From: Eledone cirrhosa
Taxonomy: Eukaryota
DNA length: 64,000 bases
Assembly (NCBI GenBank): GCA_964016885.1
Contig: OZ024741.1
Span: 262,942,001 to 263,006,000 of the forward strand
Direction: 5' to 3'
Both the position numbers and the translations under genes were made by a program. Each line of letters starts with the position of its first letter. The stretch's first letter is position 1. The notes beneath the pieces were generated by a model. The model was given only the letters and a program-made list of their open reading frames with translations. It ran no database searches and had not been told where the DNA came from. Of the stretch, positions 28,193-42,174 are shown in pieces.

Positions 28193-31100
28193 GTTTCGCT
28201 TTACGAGTGTTTCGACTTACGAGTGTTTCGACATACGAGTGTTTCGACTTCCGAATGTTTTTGCTTAAGGGTGTTTCGACTTACGAATGTTTCGGCTTAC
28301 GAGTGTTTCGGCTTACGAGTCTTCCGACTTAGGAGTGTTTCGGCTTACGAGTGTTTCCGGCTTACGAGTGTTTCGACTTACGAGTGTTTCGACTTTCGAG
28401 TGTTTTGACTTACGGTGTTTCGGCTTACGAGTGATTAGACTTACGAGTGTTTTGACTTACGTGTGTTTTAACTTACGGGTGTTGTGAATTACCAGTGTTC
28501 CGATTTACGAGTGTTTTGACTTACGGTGTTTCGGCTTGCGAGTGTTTCGACTTACGAGTGTTTCGGCTTATGAGTGTTTCGACTTACTAATGTTTTTACT
28601 TACGAGTGTTTCGGCGTTCGAGTGTTTTGACTTACGAGTGTTTCGACTTACGAGTGTTTTGACTTACGAATGTTTTGACTTACGGGTGTTTCGGCTTAGG
28701 GGTGTTTCGACTTACGAGTGTTTCGACTTATGAGTGTTTCGACTTACGAGTGTTTTGACTTACGGTGTTTCAGCTTACGAGTGTTTCGACTTACGAGTGT
28801 TTTGACTTACGGGTGTTTTGACATACGAGTGTTTCGATACGAGTGTTCTGACTTACGAGTGTTGTGACTTACGAGTGTTTTGACTTACGAGTGTTCTGAC
28901 TTACGAGTGTTCCGACTTACGAGTGTTCCGACTTACGAGTGTTTCAGCTTACGGGTGTTTCCTGCTTACGAGTGTTTCGACTTACGAGTGTTTTGACTTA
29001 CGGTGTTTCGGCTTACGAGTGATTCGACTTACGAGTGTTTTGACTTACGGGTGTTTTGACTTACGGGTGTTGTGAATTACGAGTGTTCCGATTTACGAGT
29101 GTTTTGACTTACGGAGTTTCGGCTTACGAGTGATTCGACTTACGAATGTTTTGACTTACGGGTGTTTCGGCTTGCGAGTGTTTCGACTTACGAGTGTTTC
29201 GGCTTATGAGTGTTTCGACTTACTAATGTTTTTACTTACGAGTGTTCTGACTTACGAGTGTTCCGACTTACGAGTGTTCCGACTTACGAGTGTTTCGGCT
29301 TACGAGTGTTTCCGGCTTACGAGTGTTTCGACTTACGAGTGTTTCGATTTACGAGTGTTTTGACTTACGGTGTTTCGACTTACGAGTGATTCGACTTACG
29401 AGTGTTTTGACTTACGGGTGTTTTGACTTACGGGTGTTGTGAATTACGAGTGTTCCGATTTACGAGTGTTTTGACTTTCTGTGTTTCGGCTTACGAGTGA
29501 TTCGACTTACGAATGTTTTGACTTACGGGTGTTTCGGCTTGCTAGTGTTTCGACTTACGAGTGTTTCGGCTTATGAGTGTTTCGACTTACTACTGTTTTT
29601 ACTTACGAGTGTTTCGGCGTACGAGTGTTTTGACTTACGAGTGTTTCGACTTACGAGCGTTTCGAATTACGAGTGTTTCGGCTTACGTGAGTTTCGACTT
29701 AAGAGTGTTCTGATTTACGAGTGTTCTGACTTGCGGGTGTTCTGATTTACGAGTGTTCCGACTTACGAGTGTTTCGGCTTATGAGTGTTTCGACTTACGA
29801 GTGTTTCGGCTTACGAGTGTTTCGACTTATGGGTGTTTCGACATACGAGTGTTTTGACTTACGGGTGTTTCGACTTACGAGTGTTTTGACTTACGAATGT
29901 TTTGACTTACGGGTGTTTCGGCTTACGAGTGTTTCGACTTACGAGTGTTTCGGCTTACGAGTGTTTCGAGTACTAATGTTCTTACTTACGAGTGTTTCGG
30001 CGTACGAGAGTTTTGACTTACGAGTGTTTCGACTTACGAGTGTTTCGACTTACGAGTGTTTTGACTTACGAAAGTTTTGACTTACGGGTGTTTCGGCTTA
30101 CGAGTGTTTCGACTTACGAGTCTTTCGGCTTACGAGTGTTTCGACTTACTAATGTTTTTACTTACGAGTGTTTCGGCGTACGAGTGTTTCGACTTACGAG
30201 TGTTTCGACTTACGGGTGTTTTGACTTACGGGTGTTTCGGCTTACGAGTGTTTTGACTTACGAGTGTTTTGACTTAAGGGTGTTTCGACTTACGAGTATT
30301 TTTGGCTTACGAGTGTTTCGACTTACGAGTGTTTTGACTTACGAGTGTTCTGATTTACGGATGTTTCGACATACGAGTGTTTCGACTTACGAGTGTTTCG
30401 ACTTATGAGTGTTTCGACTTACGAGTGTTTCGGCTTATGAGTGTTTCGACTTACGAGTGCTTCGGCTTACGAGTGTTTCGACTTACGAGTATTTCGGCTT
30501 AAGAGTGTTTCGACGTACGAATGTTTTGGCTTACGAGTGTTTCGGCTTATGAGTGTTTCGGCTTACGAGTGTTTCGACTTACGAGTGTTTCGGCTTACGA
30601 GTGTTTCAGTGTTTCGGCTTACGTGTGTTTCGACTTACGAGTGTTTCGACTTACGACTGTTTCGGCTTACGAGTGTTTCGGCTTACGAGTGTTTCGGCTT
30701 ACGAGTGTTTTGACTTACGAGTGTTTTGACTTACGATTGTTTGGCTTACGAGTGTTCTGACTTACGGGTGTTCTGACTTAGGAGTGTTCCGACTTACGAG
30801 TGTTTCGGCTTATGAGGGTTTCGACTTACGAGTGCTTCGGCTTACGAGTGTTTCGACTTACGAGTGTTTCGGATTACGAGTGTTTCGACTTACGAGTGTT
30901 TCGACTTACGAGTGTTTTGACTTACGGTGTTTCGGCTTACGAGTGTTTCGACATACGAGTGTTTTGACGTACGAGTGTTTCGACTTACGGGTCTTTCGAC
31001 TTAAGAGTGTTCCGACTTACGAGCGCTTCGACTTACGAGTGTTTCGACTTACGAGTGTTTCGGCGTATGAGTGTTTTGACTTACGAGTGTTTCGACTTAC

Positions 31101-34100
31101 GAGTGTTTCGACTTACGAGTGTTTCGAATTACGAGTGTTTCGACTTACGAGTGTTTTGACTTACGAGTGTTTTGACTTACGGTGTTTCTGCTTACGAGTG
31201 TTTCGACTTACGAGTGTTATGACTTACGGGTGTTTTCACATACGAGTGTTTCGACTTACGAGTGTTTTGACTTACGGGTGTTTTGACATACGAGTGTTTC
31301 GATACGAGTGTTCTGACTTACGAGTGTTCTGACTTACGAGTGTTCTGACTTACGAGTGTTTCGACATACGAGGGTTTTGACTTACGGGTGTTTCGACTTA
31401 CGAGTGTTTTCACTTACGAATGTTTTGACTTACGGGTGTTTCGGCTTACGAGTGTTTCGACTTACGAGTGTTTCGGCTTACGAGGGTTTCGACTTACTAA
31501 TATTTTTACTTACGAGTGTTTCGGCGTACGAGAGTTTTGACTTACGAGTGTTTCGACTTACGAGTGTTTCGACTTACGAGTATTTTGACTTACGAATGTT
31601 TTGACTTACGGGTGTTTCGGCTTACGAGTGTTTCGACTTACGAGTCTTTCGGCTTACGAGTGTTTCGACTTACTAATGTTTTTACTTACGTGTGTTTCGG
31701 CGTACGAGTGTTTCGACTTCCGAGTGTTTCGACTTACGGGTGTTTTGACTTACGGGTGTTTCGGCTTACGAGTGTTTTGACTTACGAGTGTTTTGACTTA
31801 AGGGTGTTTCGACTTACGAGTATTTTTGGCTTACGAGTGTTTCGACTTACGAGTGTTTTGACTTACGAGTGTTCTGATTTACGGATGTTTCGACATACGA
31901 GTGTTTCGACTTATGAGTGTTTCGACTTACGAGTGTTTCGACTTACGAGTGTTTCGGCTTATGATTGTTTCGACTTACGGGTGTTTTGACTTACGGTGTT
32001 TCAGCTTACGAGTGTTTCGACTTACGAGTGTTTTGACTTACGGGTGTTTTGACATACGAGTGTTTCGATACGAGTGTTCTGACTTACGAGTGTTCTGACT
32101 TACGAGTGTTTTGACTTACGAGTGTTCTGACTTACGAGTGTTCCGACTTACGAGTGTTCCGACTTACGAGTGTTTCGGCTTACGGGTGTTTCCTGCTTAC
32201 GAGTGTTTCGACTTACGAGTGTTTTGACTTACGGTGTTTCGGCTTACGAGTGATTCGACTTACGAGTGTTTTGACTTACGGGTGTTTTGACTTACGGGTG
32301 TTGTGAATTACGAGTGTTCCGATTTACGAGTGCTTTGACTTACGGTGTTTCGGCTTACGAGTGATTCGACTTACGAATGTTTTGACTTACGGGTGTTTCG
32401 GCTTGCGAGTGTTTCGACTTACGAGTGTTTCGGCTTATGAGTGTTTCGACTTACTAATGTTTTTACTTACGAGTGTTCTGACTTACGAGTGTTCCGACTT
32501 ACGAGTGTTCCGACTTACGAGTGTTTCGGCTTACGAGTGTTTCCGGCTTACGAGTGTTTCGACTTACGAGTGTTTCGACTTACGAGTGTTTTGACTTACA
32601 GTGTTTCGACTTACGAGTGATTCGACTTACGAGTGTTTTGACTTACGAAAGTTTTGACTTACGGGTGTTGTGAATTACGAGTGTTCCGATTTACGAGTAT
32701 TTTGACTTACGGTGTTTCGGCTTACGAGTGATTCGACTTACGAATGTTTTGACTTAAGGGTGTTTCGGCTTGCTAGTGTTTCGACTTACGAGTGTTTCGG
32801 CTTATGAGTGTTTCGACTTACTACTGTTTTTACTTACGAGTGTTTCGGCGTACGAGTGTTTTGACTTACGAGTGTTTCGACTTACGAGTGTTTCGAATTA
32901 CGAGTGTTTCGGCTTACGTGAGTTTCGACTTAAGAGTGTTCTGATTTACGAGTGTTCTGACTTGCGGGTGTTCTGATTTACGAGTGTTCCGACTTACGAG
33001 TGTTTCGGCTTATGAGTGTTTCGACTTACGAGTGTTTCGGCTTACGAGTGTTTCGACTTATGGGTGTTTCGACATACGAGTGTTTTGACTTACGGGTGTT
33101 TCGACTTACGAGTGTTTTGACTTACGAATGTTTTGACTTACGGGTGTTTCGGCTTACGAGTGTTTCGACTTACGAGTGTTTCGGCTTACGAGTGTTTCGA
33201 CTTACTAATGTTCTTACTTACGAGTGTTTCGGCGTACGAGAGTTTTGACTTACGAGTGTTTCGACTTACGAGTGTTTTGACTTACGAGTGTTTTGACTTA
33301 CGAAAGTTTTGACTTACGGGTGTTTCGGCTTACGAGTGTTTCGACTTACGAGTCTTTCGGCTTACGAGTGTTTCGGCGTACGAGTGTTTCGACTTACGAG
33401 TGTTTCGACTTACGGGTGTTTTGACTTACGGGTGTTTCGGCTTACGAGTGTTTCGGCTTATGATTGTTTCGACTTACGAGTGTTCTGATTTACGAGTGTT
33501 CTGACTTGCGAGTGTTTTGACTTACGGGTGTTTTGACATACGAGTGTTTCGATACGTGTGTTCTGACTTACGAGTGTTCTGACTTACGAGTGTTTTGACT
33601 TACGAGTGTTCTGACTTACGAGTGTTCCGACTTACGAGTGTTCCGACTTACGAGTGTTTCGGCTTACGAGTGTTTCCGGCTTACGAGTGTTTCGACTTAC
33701 GAGTGTTTTGACTTACGGTGTTTCGGCTTACGAGTGTTTCGACTTACTAATGTTTTTACTTACGAGTGTTTCGGCGTACGAGAGTTTTGACTTACGAGTG
33801 TTTCGACTTACGAGTGTTTTGACTTACGAATGTTTTGACTTACGGGTGTTTCGGCTCATGAGTGTTTCGACTTACGAGTCTTTCGGCTTACGAGTGTTTC
33901 GACTTACTAATGTTTTTACTTACGAGTGTTTCGGCGTACGACTGTTTCGACTTACGAGTGTTTCGACTTACGGGTGTTTTGACTTACGGGTGTTTCGGCT
34001 TACGAGTGTTTCGACTTACGAGTGTTTTGACTTACGAGTGTTCTGATTTATGGATGTTTCGACATACGAGTGTTTCGACTTACGAGTGTTTCGACTTATG

Positions 34101-34739
34101 AGTGTTTCGACTTACGAGTGTTCTGACTTACGAGTGTTCCGACTTACGAGTGTTCCGACTTACGAGTGTTTCGGCTTACGAGTGTTTCCGGCTTACGAGT
34201 GTTTCGACTTACGAGTGTTTTGACTTACGGTGTTTCGGCTTACGAGTGATTCGACTTACGAGTGTTTTGACTTACGGGTGTTTTGACTTACGGGTGTTGT
34301 GAATTACGAGTGTTTCGGCTTATGAGTGTTTCGACTTACTAATGTTTTTACTTACGAGTGTTCTGACTTACGAGTGTTCTGACTTACGAGTGTTCTGACT
34401 TACGAGTGTTCTGATTTACGAGTGTTCCGACTTACGAGTGTTTCGGCTTACGAGTGTTTCGGCTTACGAGTGTTTCGACTTACGAGTGTTTCGACTTACG
34501 AGTGTTCCGACTTACGGGTGTTTCGACTTACGAGTTGTTTGGCTTACGGTGTTTCGGCTTACGAGTGTTTCGAGTTACGAGTGTTTTGACTTACGCGTGT
34601 TTTGACATACGAGTGTTTCGATACGAGTGTTCTGACTTACGAGTGTTCTGACTTACGAGTGTTCTGACTTACGAGTGTTCCGACTTTACGAGTGTTTCGG
34701 CTCACGAGTGTTTCAGCTTACGAGTGTTTCGACTTACGA

Positions 34740-34808
34740 AAATAACAAATAGACGCGGTTTCAAATCTCTATGATTTTCAAATTCATTACATTAATCTTT
34801 ATTTATAC
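34740..34808. repeat. 69-bp AT-rich element, copy 6, haplotype A
   Basis: Identical to copy 1. Confidence 0.95.
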
Positions 34809-37800
34809 GTTTCGCTTTACGGGTGTTTCGACTTACGAGTGTTTCGACATACGAGTGTTTCGACTTCCGAATGTTTTTGCTTACGGGTGTTTCGACTTAC
34901 GAATGTTTCGGCTTACGAGTGTTTCGGCTTACGAGTCTTCCGACTTAGGAGTGTTTCGGCTTACGAGTGTTTCCGGCTTACGAGTGTTTCGACTTACGAG
35001 TGTTTCGACTTTCGAGTGTTTTGACTTACGGTGTTTCGGCTTACGAGTGATTCGACTTACGAGTGTTTTGACTTACGTGTGTTTTGACTTACGGGTGTTG
35101 TGAATTACCAGTGTTCCGATTTACGAGTGTTTTGACTTACGGTGTTTTGGCTTGCGAGTGTTTCGACTTACGAGTGTTTCGGCTTATGAGTGTTTCGACT
35201 TACTAATGTTTTTACTTACGAGTGTTTCGGCGTTCGAGTGTTTTGACTTACGAGTGTTTCGACTTACGAGTGTTTTGACTTACGAATGTTTTGACCTACG
35301 GGTGTTTCGGCTTACGGGTGTTTCGACTTACGAGTGTTTCGACTTATGAGTGTTTCGACTTACGAGTGTTCTGACTTACGAGTGTTCTGACTTACGAGTG
35401 TTCCGACTTACGAGTGTTTCGGTTTACGAGTGTTTCGACATACGAGTGTTTTGACTTACGGGTGTTTCGACTTACGGGTGTTTCGACTTACGAGTGTTTT
35501 GGCTTACGAGTGTTTCGACTTACTAATGTTTTTACTTACGAGTGTTTCGGTGTACGAATGTTTTGACTTAAGGATGTTTCGACTTACGAGTGTTTCGACT
35601 TACGAGTGTTTCGGCTTACGTGAGTTTCGACTTAAGAGTGTTCTGATTTACGAGTGTTCTGACTTGCGGGTGTTCTGATTTACGAGTGTTCCGACTTACG
35701 AGTGTTTCGGCTTATGAGTGTTTCGACTTACGAGTGTTTCGGCTTACGAGTGTTTCGACTTATGGGTGTTTCGACTTATGAGTGTTTTTACTTACGGTGT
35801 TTCGGCTTACGAGTGTTTCGACATACGAGTGTTTTGACTTACGGGTGTTTTGACTTACGAGTGTTTCGACTTACGAGTGTTTTGACTTACGAATGTTTTG
35901 ACTTACGGGTGTTTCGGCTTATGAGTGTTTCGACTTACGAGTCTTTCGGCTTACGAGTGTTTCGACTTACTAATGTTTTTACTTACGAGTGTTTCGGCGT
36001 ACGACTGTTTCGACTTACGGGTGTTTTGACTTACGGGTGTCTCGGCTTACGAGTGTTTCGACTTACGAGTGTTTCGACTTACGACTATTTTTGGCTTACG
36101 AGTGTTTCGACTTACGAGTGTTTTGACTTACGAGTGTTCCGACTTACGAGTGTTTCGGCTTACGGGTGTTTCCTGCTTACGAGTGTTTCGACTTACGAGT
36201 GTTTTGACTTACGGTGTTTCGGCTTACGAGTGATTCGACTTACGAGTGTTTTGACTTACGGGTGTTTTGACTTACGGGTGTTGTGAATTACGAGTGTTCC
36301 GATTTACGAGTGCTTTGACTTACGGTGTTTCGGCTTACGAGTGATTCGACTTACGAATGTTTTGACTTACGGGTGTTTCGGCTTGCGAGTGTTTCGACTT
36401 ACGAGTGTTTCGGCTTATGAGTGTTTCGACTTACTAATGTTTTTACTTACGAGTGTTCTGACTTACGAGTGTTCCGACTTACGAGTGTTCCGACTTACGA
36501 GTGTTTCGGCTTACGAGTGTTTCCGGCTTACGAGTGTTTCGACTTACGAGTGTTTCGACTTACGAGTGTTTTGACTTACAGTGTTTCGACTTACGAGTGA
36601 TTCGACTTACGAGTGTTTTGACTTACGAAAGTTTTGACTTACGGGTGTTGTGAATTACGAGTGTTCCGATTTACGAGTATTTTGACTTACGGTGTTTCGG
36701 CTTACGAGTGATTCGACTTACGAATGTTTTGACTTAAGGGTGTTTCGGCTTGCTAGTGTTTCGACTTACGAGTGTTTCGGCTTATGAGTGTTTCGACTTA
36801 CTACTGTTTTTACTTACGAGTGTTTCGGCGTACGAGTGTTTTGACTTACGAGTGTTTCGACTTACGAGTGTTTCGAATTACGAGTGTTTCGGCTTACGTG
36901 AGTTTCGACTTAAGAGTGTTCTGATTTACGAGTGTTCTGACTTGCGGGTGTTCTGATTTACGAGTGTTCCGACTTACGAGTGTTTCGGCTTATGAGTGTT
37001 TCGACTTACGAGTGTTTCGGCTTACGAGTGTTTCGACTTATGGGTGTTTCGACATACGAGTGTTTTGACTTACGGGTGTTTCGACTTACGAGTGTTTTGA
37101 CTTACGAATGTTTTGACTTACGGGTGTTTCGGCTTACGAGTGTTTCGACTTACGAGTGTTTCGGCTTACGAGTGTTTCGACTTACTAATGTTCTTACTTA
37201 CGAGTGTTTCGGCGTACGAGAGTTTTGACTTACGAGTGTTTCGACTTACGAGTGTTTTGACTTACGAGTGTTTTGACTTACGAAAGTTTTGACTTACGGG
37301 TGTTTCGGCTTACGAGTGTTTCGACTTACGAGTCTTTCGGCTTACGAGTGTTTCGGCGTACGAGTGTTTCGACTTACGAGTGTTTCGACTTACGGGTGTT
37401 TTGACTTACGGGTGTTTCGGCTTACGAGTGTTTCGGCTTATGATTGTTTCGACTTACGAGTGTTCTGATTTACGAGTGTTCTGACTTGCGAGTGTTTTGA
37501 CTTACGGGTGTTTTGACATACGAGTGTTTCGATACGTGTGTTCTGACTTACGAGTGTTCTGACTTACGAGTGTTTTGACTTACGAGTGTTCTGACTTACG
37601 AGTGTTCCGACTTACGAGTGTTCCGACTTACGAGTGTTTCGGCTTACGAGTGTTTCCGGCTTACGAGTGTTTCGACTTACGAGTGTTTTGACTTACGGTG
37701 TTTCGGCTTACGAGTGTTTCGACTTACTAATGTTTTTACTTACGAGTGTTTCGGCGTACGAGAGTTTTGACTTACGAGTGTTTCGACTTACGAGTGTTTT

Positions 37801-38719
37801 GACTTACGAATGTTTTGACTTACGGGTGTTTCGGCTCATGAGTGTTTCGACTTACGAGTCTTTCGGCTTACGAGTGTTTCGACTTACTAATGTTTTTACT
37901 TACGAGTGTTTCGGCGTACGACTGTTTCGACTTACGAGTGTTTCGACTTACGGGTGTTTTGACTTACGGGTGTTTCGGCTTACGAGTGTTTCGACTTACG
38001 AGTGTTTTGACTTACGAGTGTTCTGATTTATGGATGTTTCGACATACGAGTGTTTCGACTTACGAGTGTTTCGACTTATGAGTGTTTCGACTTACGAGTG
38101 TTCTGACTTACGAGTGTTCCGACTTACGAGTGTTCCGACTTACGAGTGTTTCGGCTTACGAGTGTTTCCGGCTTACGAGTGTTTCGACTTACGAGTGTTT
38201 TGACTTACGGTGTTTCGGCTTACGAGTGATTCGACTTACGAGTGTTTTGACTTACGGGTGTTTTGACTTACGGGTGTTGTGAATTACGAGTGTTTCGGCT
38301 TATGAGTGTTTCGACTTACTAATGTTTTTACTTACGAGTGTTCTGACTTACGAGTGTTCTGACTTACGAGTGTTCTGACTTACGAGTGTTCTGATTTACG
38401 AGTGTTCCGACTTACGAGTGTTTCGGCTTACGAGTGTTTCGGCTTACGAGTGTTTCGACTTACGAGTGTTTCGACTTACGAGTGTTCCGACTTACGGGTG
38501 TTTCGACTTACGAGTTGTTTGGCTTACGGTGTTTCGGCTTACGAGTGTTTCGAGTTACGAGTGTTTTGACTTACGCGTGTTTTGACATACGAGTGTTTCG
38601 ATACGAGTGTTCTGACTTACGAGTGTTCTGACTTACGAGTGTTCTGACTTACGAGTGTTCCGACTTTACGAGTGTTTCGGCTCACGAGTGTTTCAGCTTA
38701 CGAGTGTTTCGACTTACGA

Positions 38720-38788
38720 AAATAACAAATAGACGCGGTTTCAAATCTCTATGATTTTCAAATTCATTACATTAATCTTTATTTATAC
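38720..38788. repeat. 69-bp AT-rich element, copy 7, haplotype A
   Basis: Identical to copy 1. Confidence 0.95.
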
Positions 38789-41700
38789 GTTTCGCTTTAC
38801 GGGTGTTTCGACTTACGAGTGTTTCGACATACGAGTGTTTCGACTTCCGAATGTTTTTGCTTACGGGTGTTTCGACTTACGAATGTTTCGGCTTACGAGT
38901 GTTTCGGCTTACGAGTCTTCCGACTTAGGAGTGTTTCGGCTTACGAGTGTTTCCGGCTTACGAGTGTTTCGACTTACGAGTGTTTCGACTTTCGAGTGTT
39001 TTGACTTACGGTGTTTCGGCTTACGAGTGATTCGACTTACGAGTGTTTTGACTTACGTGTGTTTTGACTTACGGGTGTTGTGAATTACCAGTGTTCCGAT
39101 TTACGAGTGTTTTGACTTACGGTGTTTCGGCTTGCGAGTGTTTCGACTTACGAGTGTTTCGGCTTATGAGTGTTTCGACTTACTAATGTTTTTACTTACG
39201 AGTGTTTCGGCGTTCGAGTGTTTTGACTTACGAGTGTTTCGACTTACGAGTGTTTTGACTTACGAATGTTTTGACCTACGGGTGTTTCGGCTTACGGGTG
39301 TTTCGACTTACGAGTGTTTCGACTTATGAGTGTTTCGACTTACGAGTGTTCTGACTTACGAGTGTTCTGACTTACGAGTGTTCCGACTTACGAGTGTTTC
39401 GGTTTACGAGTGTTTCGACATACGAGTGTTTTGACTTACGGGTGTTTCGACTTACGGGTGTTTCGACTTACGAGTGTTTTGGCTTACGAGTGTTTCGACT
39501 TACTAATGTTTTTACTTACGAGTGTTTCGGTGTACGAATGTTTTGACTTAAGGATGTTTCGACTTACGAGTGTTTCGACTTACGAGTGTTTCGGCTTACG
39601 TGAGTTTCGACTTAAGAGTGTTCTGATTTACGAGTGTTCTGACTTGCGGGTGTTCTGATTTACGAGTGTTCCGACTTACGAGTGTTTCGGCTTATGAGTG
39701 TTTCGACTTACGAGTGTTTCGGCTTACGAGTGTTTCGACTTATGGGTGTTTCGACTTATGAGTGTTTTTACTTACGGTGTTTCGGCTTACGAGTGTTTCG
39801 ACATACGAGTGTTTTGACTTACGGGTGTTTTGACTTACGAGTGTTTCGACTTACGAGTGTTTTGACTTACGAATGTTTTGACTTACGGGTGTTTCGGCTT
39901 ATGAGTGTTTCGACTTACGAGTCTTTCGGCTTACGAGTGTTTCGACTTACTAATGTTTTTACTTACGAGTGTTTCGGCGTACGACTGTTTCGACTTACGG
40001 GTGTTTTGACTTACGGGTGTCTCGGCTTACGAGTGTTTCGACTTACGAGTGTTTCGACTTACGACTATTTTTGGCTTACGAGTGTTTCGACTTACGAGTG
40101 TTTTGACTTACGAGTGTTCTGATTTACGGATGTTTCGAAATACGAGTGTTTCGACTTACGAGTGTTTCGACTTATGAGTGTTTCGACTTACGAGTGTTTC
40201 GGCTTACGAGTGTTTCGACTTACGAGTGTTTTGACTCACGGTGTTTCGGCTTACGAGTGATTCGACTTACGAGTGTTTTGACTTACGGGTGATTTGACTT
40301 ACGGGTGTTGTGAATTACGAGTGTTCCGATTTACGAGTGTTTTGACTTACGATGTTTCGGCTTACGAGTGATTCGACTTACGAGTGTTTCGGCTTATGGG
40401 TGTTTCGACTTACTAATGTTTTTACTTACGAGTGTTTCGGCGTACGAGTGTTTTGACTTACGAGTGTTTCGACTTACGATTGTTTCGACTTACGAGTGTT
40501 TCGGCTTACGTGAGTTTCGAATTAAGAGTGTTCTGATTTACGAGTGTTCTGACTTGCGGGTGTTCTGATTTACGAGTGTTCCGACTTACGAGTGTTTCGG
40601 CTTATTAGTGTTTCGACTTACGAGTGTTTCGGCTTACGAGTGTTTCGACTTATGGGTGTTTCGACTTACGAGTGTTTTTACTTACGGTGTTTCGGCTTAC
40701 GAGTGTTTCGACATACGAGTGTTTTGACTTGCGGGTGTTTCGACTTACGAGTGTTTTGACTTACGAATGTTTTGACTTACGGGTGTTTCGGCTTACGAGT
40801 GTTTCGACTTACGAGTGTTTCGGCTTACGAGTGTTTCGACTTACTAATGTTCTTACTTACGAGTGTTTCGACTTACGGGTGTTTTGACTTACGGGTGTTT
40901 TGACTTACGGGTGTTTCGGTTTACGAGTGTTTCGACTTACGAGTCTTTCGACTTCCGAGTGTTTCGACTTACGGGTGTTTTGACTTACGGCTGTTTCGGC
41001 TTACGAGTGTTTTAACTTACGAGTGTTTTGACTTAAGGGTGTTTCGACTTACGAGTATTTTTGGCTTACGAGTGTTTCGACTTACGAGTGTTTTGACTTA
41101 CGAGTGTTCTGATTTACGGATGTTTCGACATACGAGTGTTTCGACTTACGAGTGTTTCGACTTATGAGTGTTTCGACTTACGAGTGTTTCGACTTACGAG
41201 TGTTTCGGCTTATGATTGTTTCGACTTACGAGTGTTTTGACTTACGGTGTTTCAGCTTACGAGTGTTTCGACATACGAGTGTTTTGACTTACGGGTGTTT
41301 TGACATACGAGTGTTTCGATACGAGTGTTCTGACTTACGAGTGTTCTGACTTACGAGTGTTTTGACTTACGAGTGTTCTGACTTACGAGTGTTCCGACTT
41401 ACGAGTTTTCCGACTTACGAGTGTTTCGGCTTACGAGTGTTTCCGGCTTACGAGTGTTTCTACTTACGAGTGTTTTGACTTACGGTGTTTCGGCTTACGA
41501 GTGATTCGACTTACGAGTGTTTTGACTTACGGGTGTTTTGACTTACGGGTGTTGTGAATTACGAGTGTTCCGATTTACGAGTGTTTTGACTTACGGTGTT
41601 TCGGCTTACGAGTGATTCGACTTACGAATGTCTTGACTTACGGGTGTTTCGGCTTGCGAGTGTTTCGACTTACGAGTGTTTCGGCTTATGAGTGTTTCGA

Positions 41701-42105
41701 CTTACGAATGTTTTTACTTACGAGTGTTCTGACTTACGAGTGTTCTGACTTACGAGTGTTCTGACTTACGAGTGTTCTGATTTACGAGTGTTCCGACTTA
41801 CGAGTGTTTCGGCTTACGAGTGTTTCGGCTTACGAGTGTTTCGACTTACGAGTGTTTCGACTTACGAGTGTTCCGACTTACGGGTGTTTCGACTTACGAG
41901 TTGTTTGGCTTACGGTGTTTCGGCTTACGAGTGTTTCGAGTTACGAGTGTTTTGACTTACGCGTGTTTTGACATACGAGTGTTTCGATACGAGTGTTCTG
42001 ACTTACGAGTGTTTTGACTTACGAGTGTTCTGACTTACGAGTGTTCCGACTTTACGAGTGTTTCGGCTCACGAGTGTTTCGGCTTACGAGTGTTTCGACT
42101 TACGA

Positions 42106-42174
42106 AAATAACAAATAGACGCGGTTTCAAATTTCTATGATTTTCAAATTCATTACATTAATCTTTATTTATAC
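42106..42174. repeat. 69-bp AT-rich element, copy 8, haplotype B
   Basis: Identical to copy 2. Confidence 0.95.

Larger units (their letters stand above)
32152..40111 (+). repeat. 3,980-bp tandem duplication (same pair within the next 13.98-kb unit)
   Basis: Offsets 32361/36341, 33654/37634 and 34740/38720 are all +3980. Confidence 0.9.
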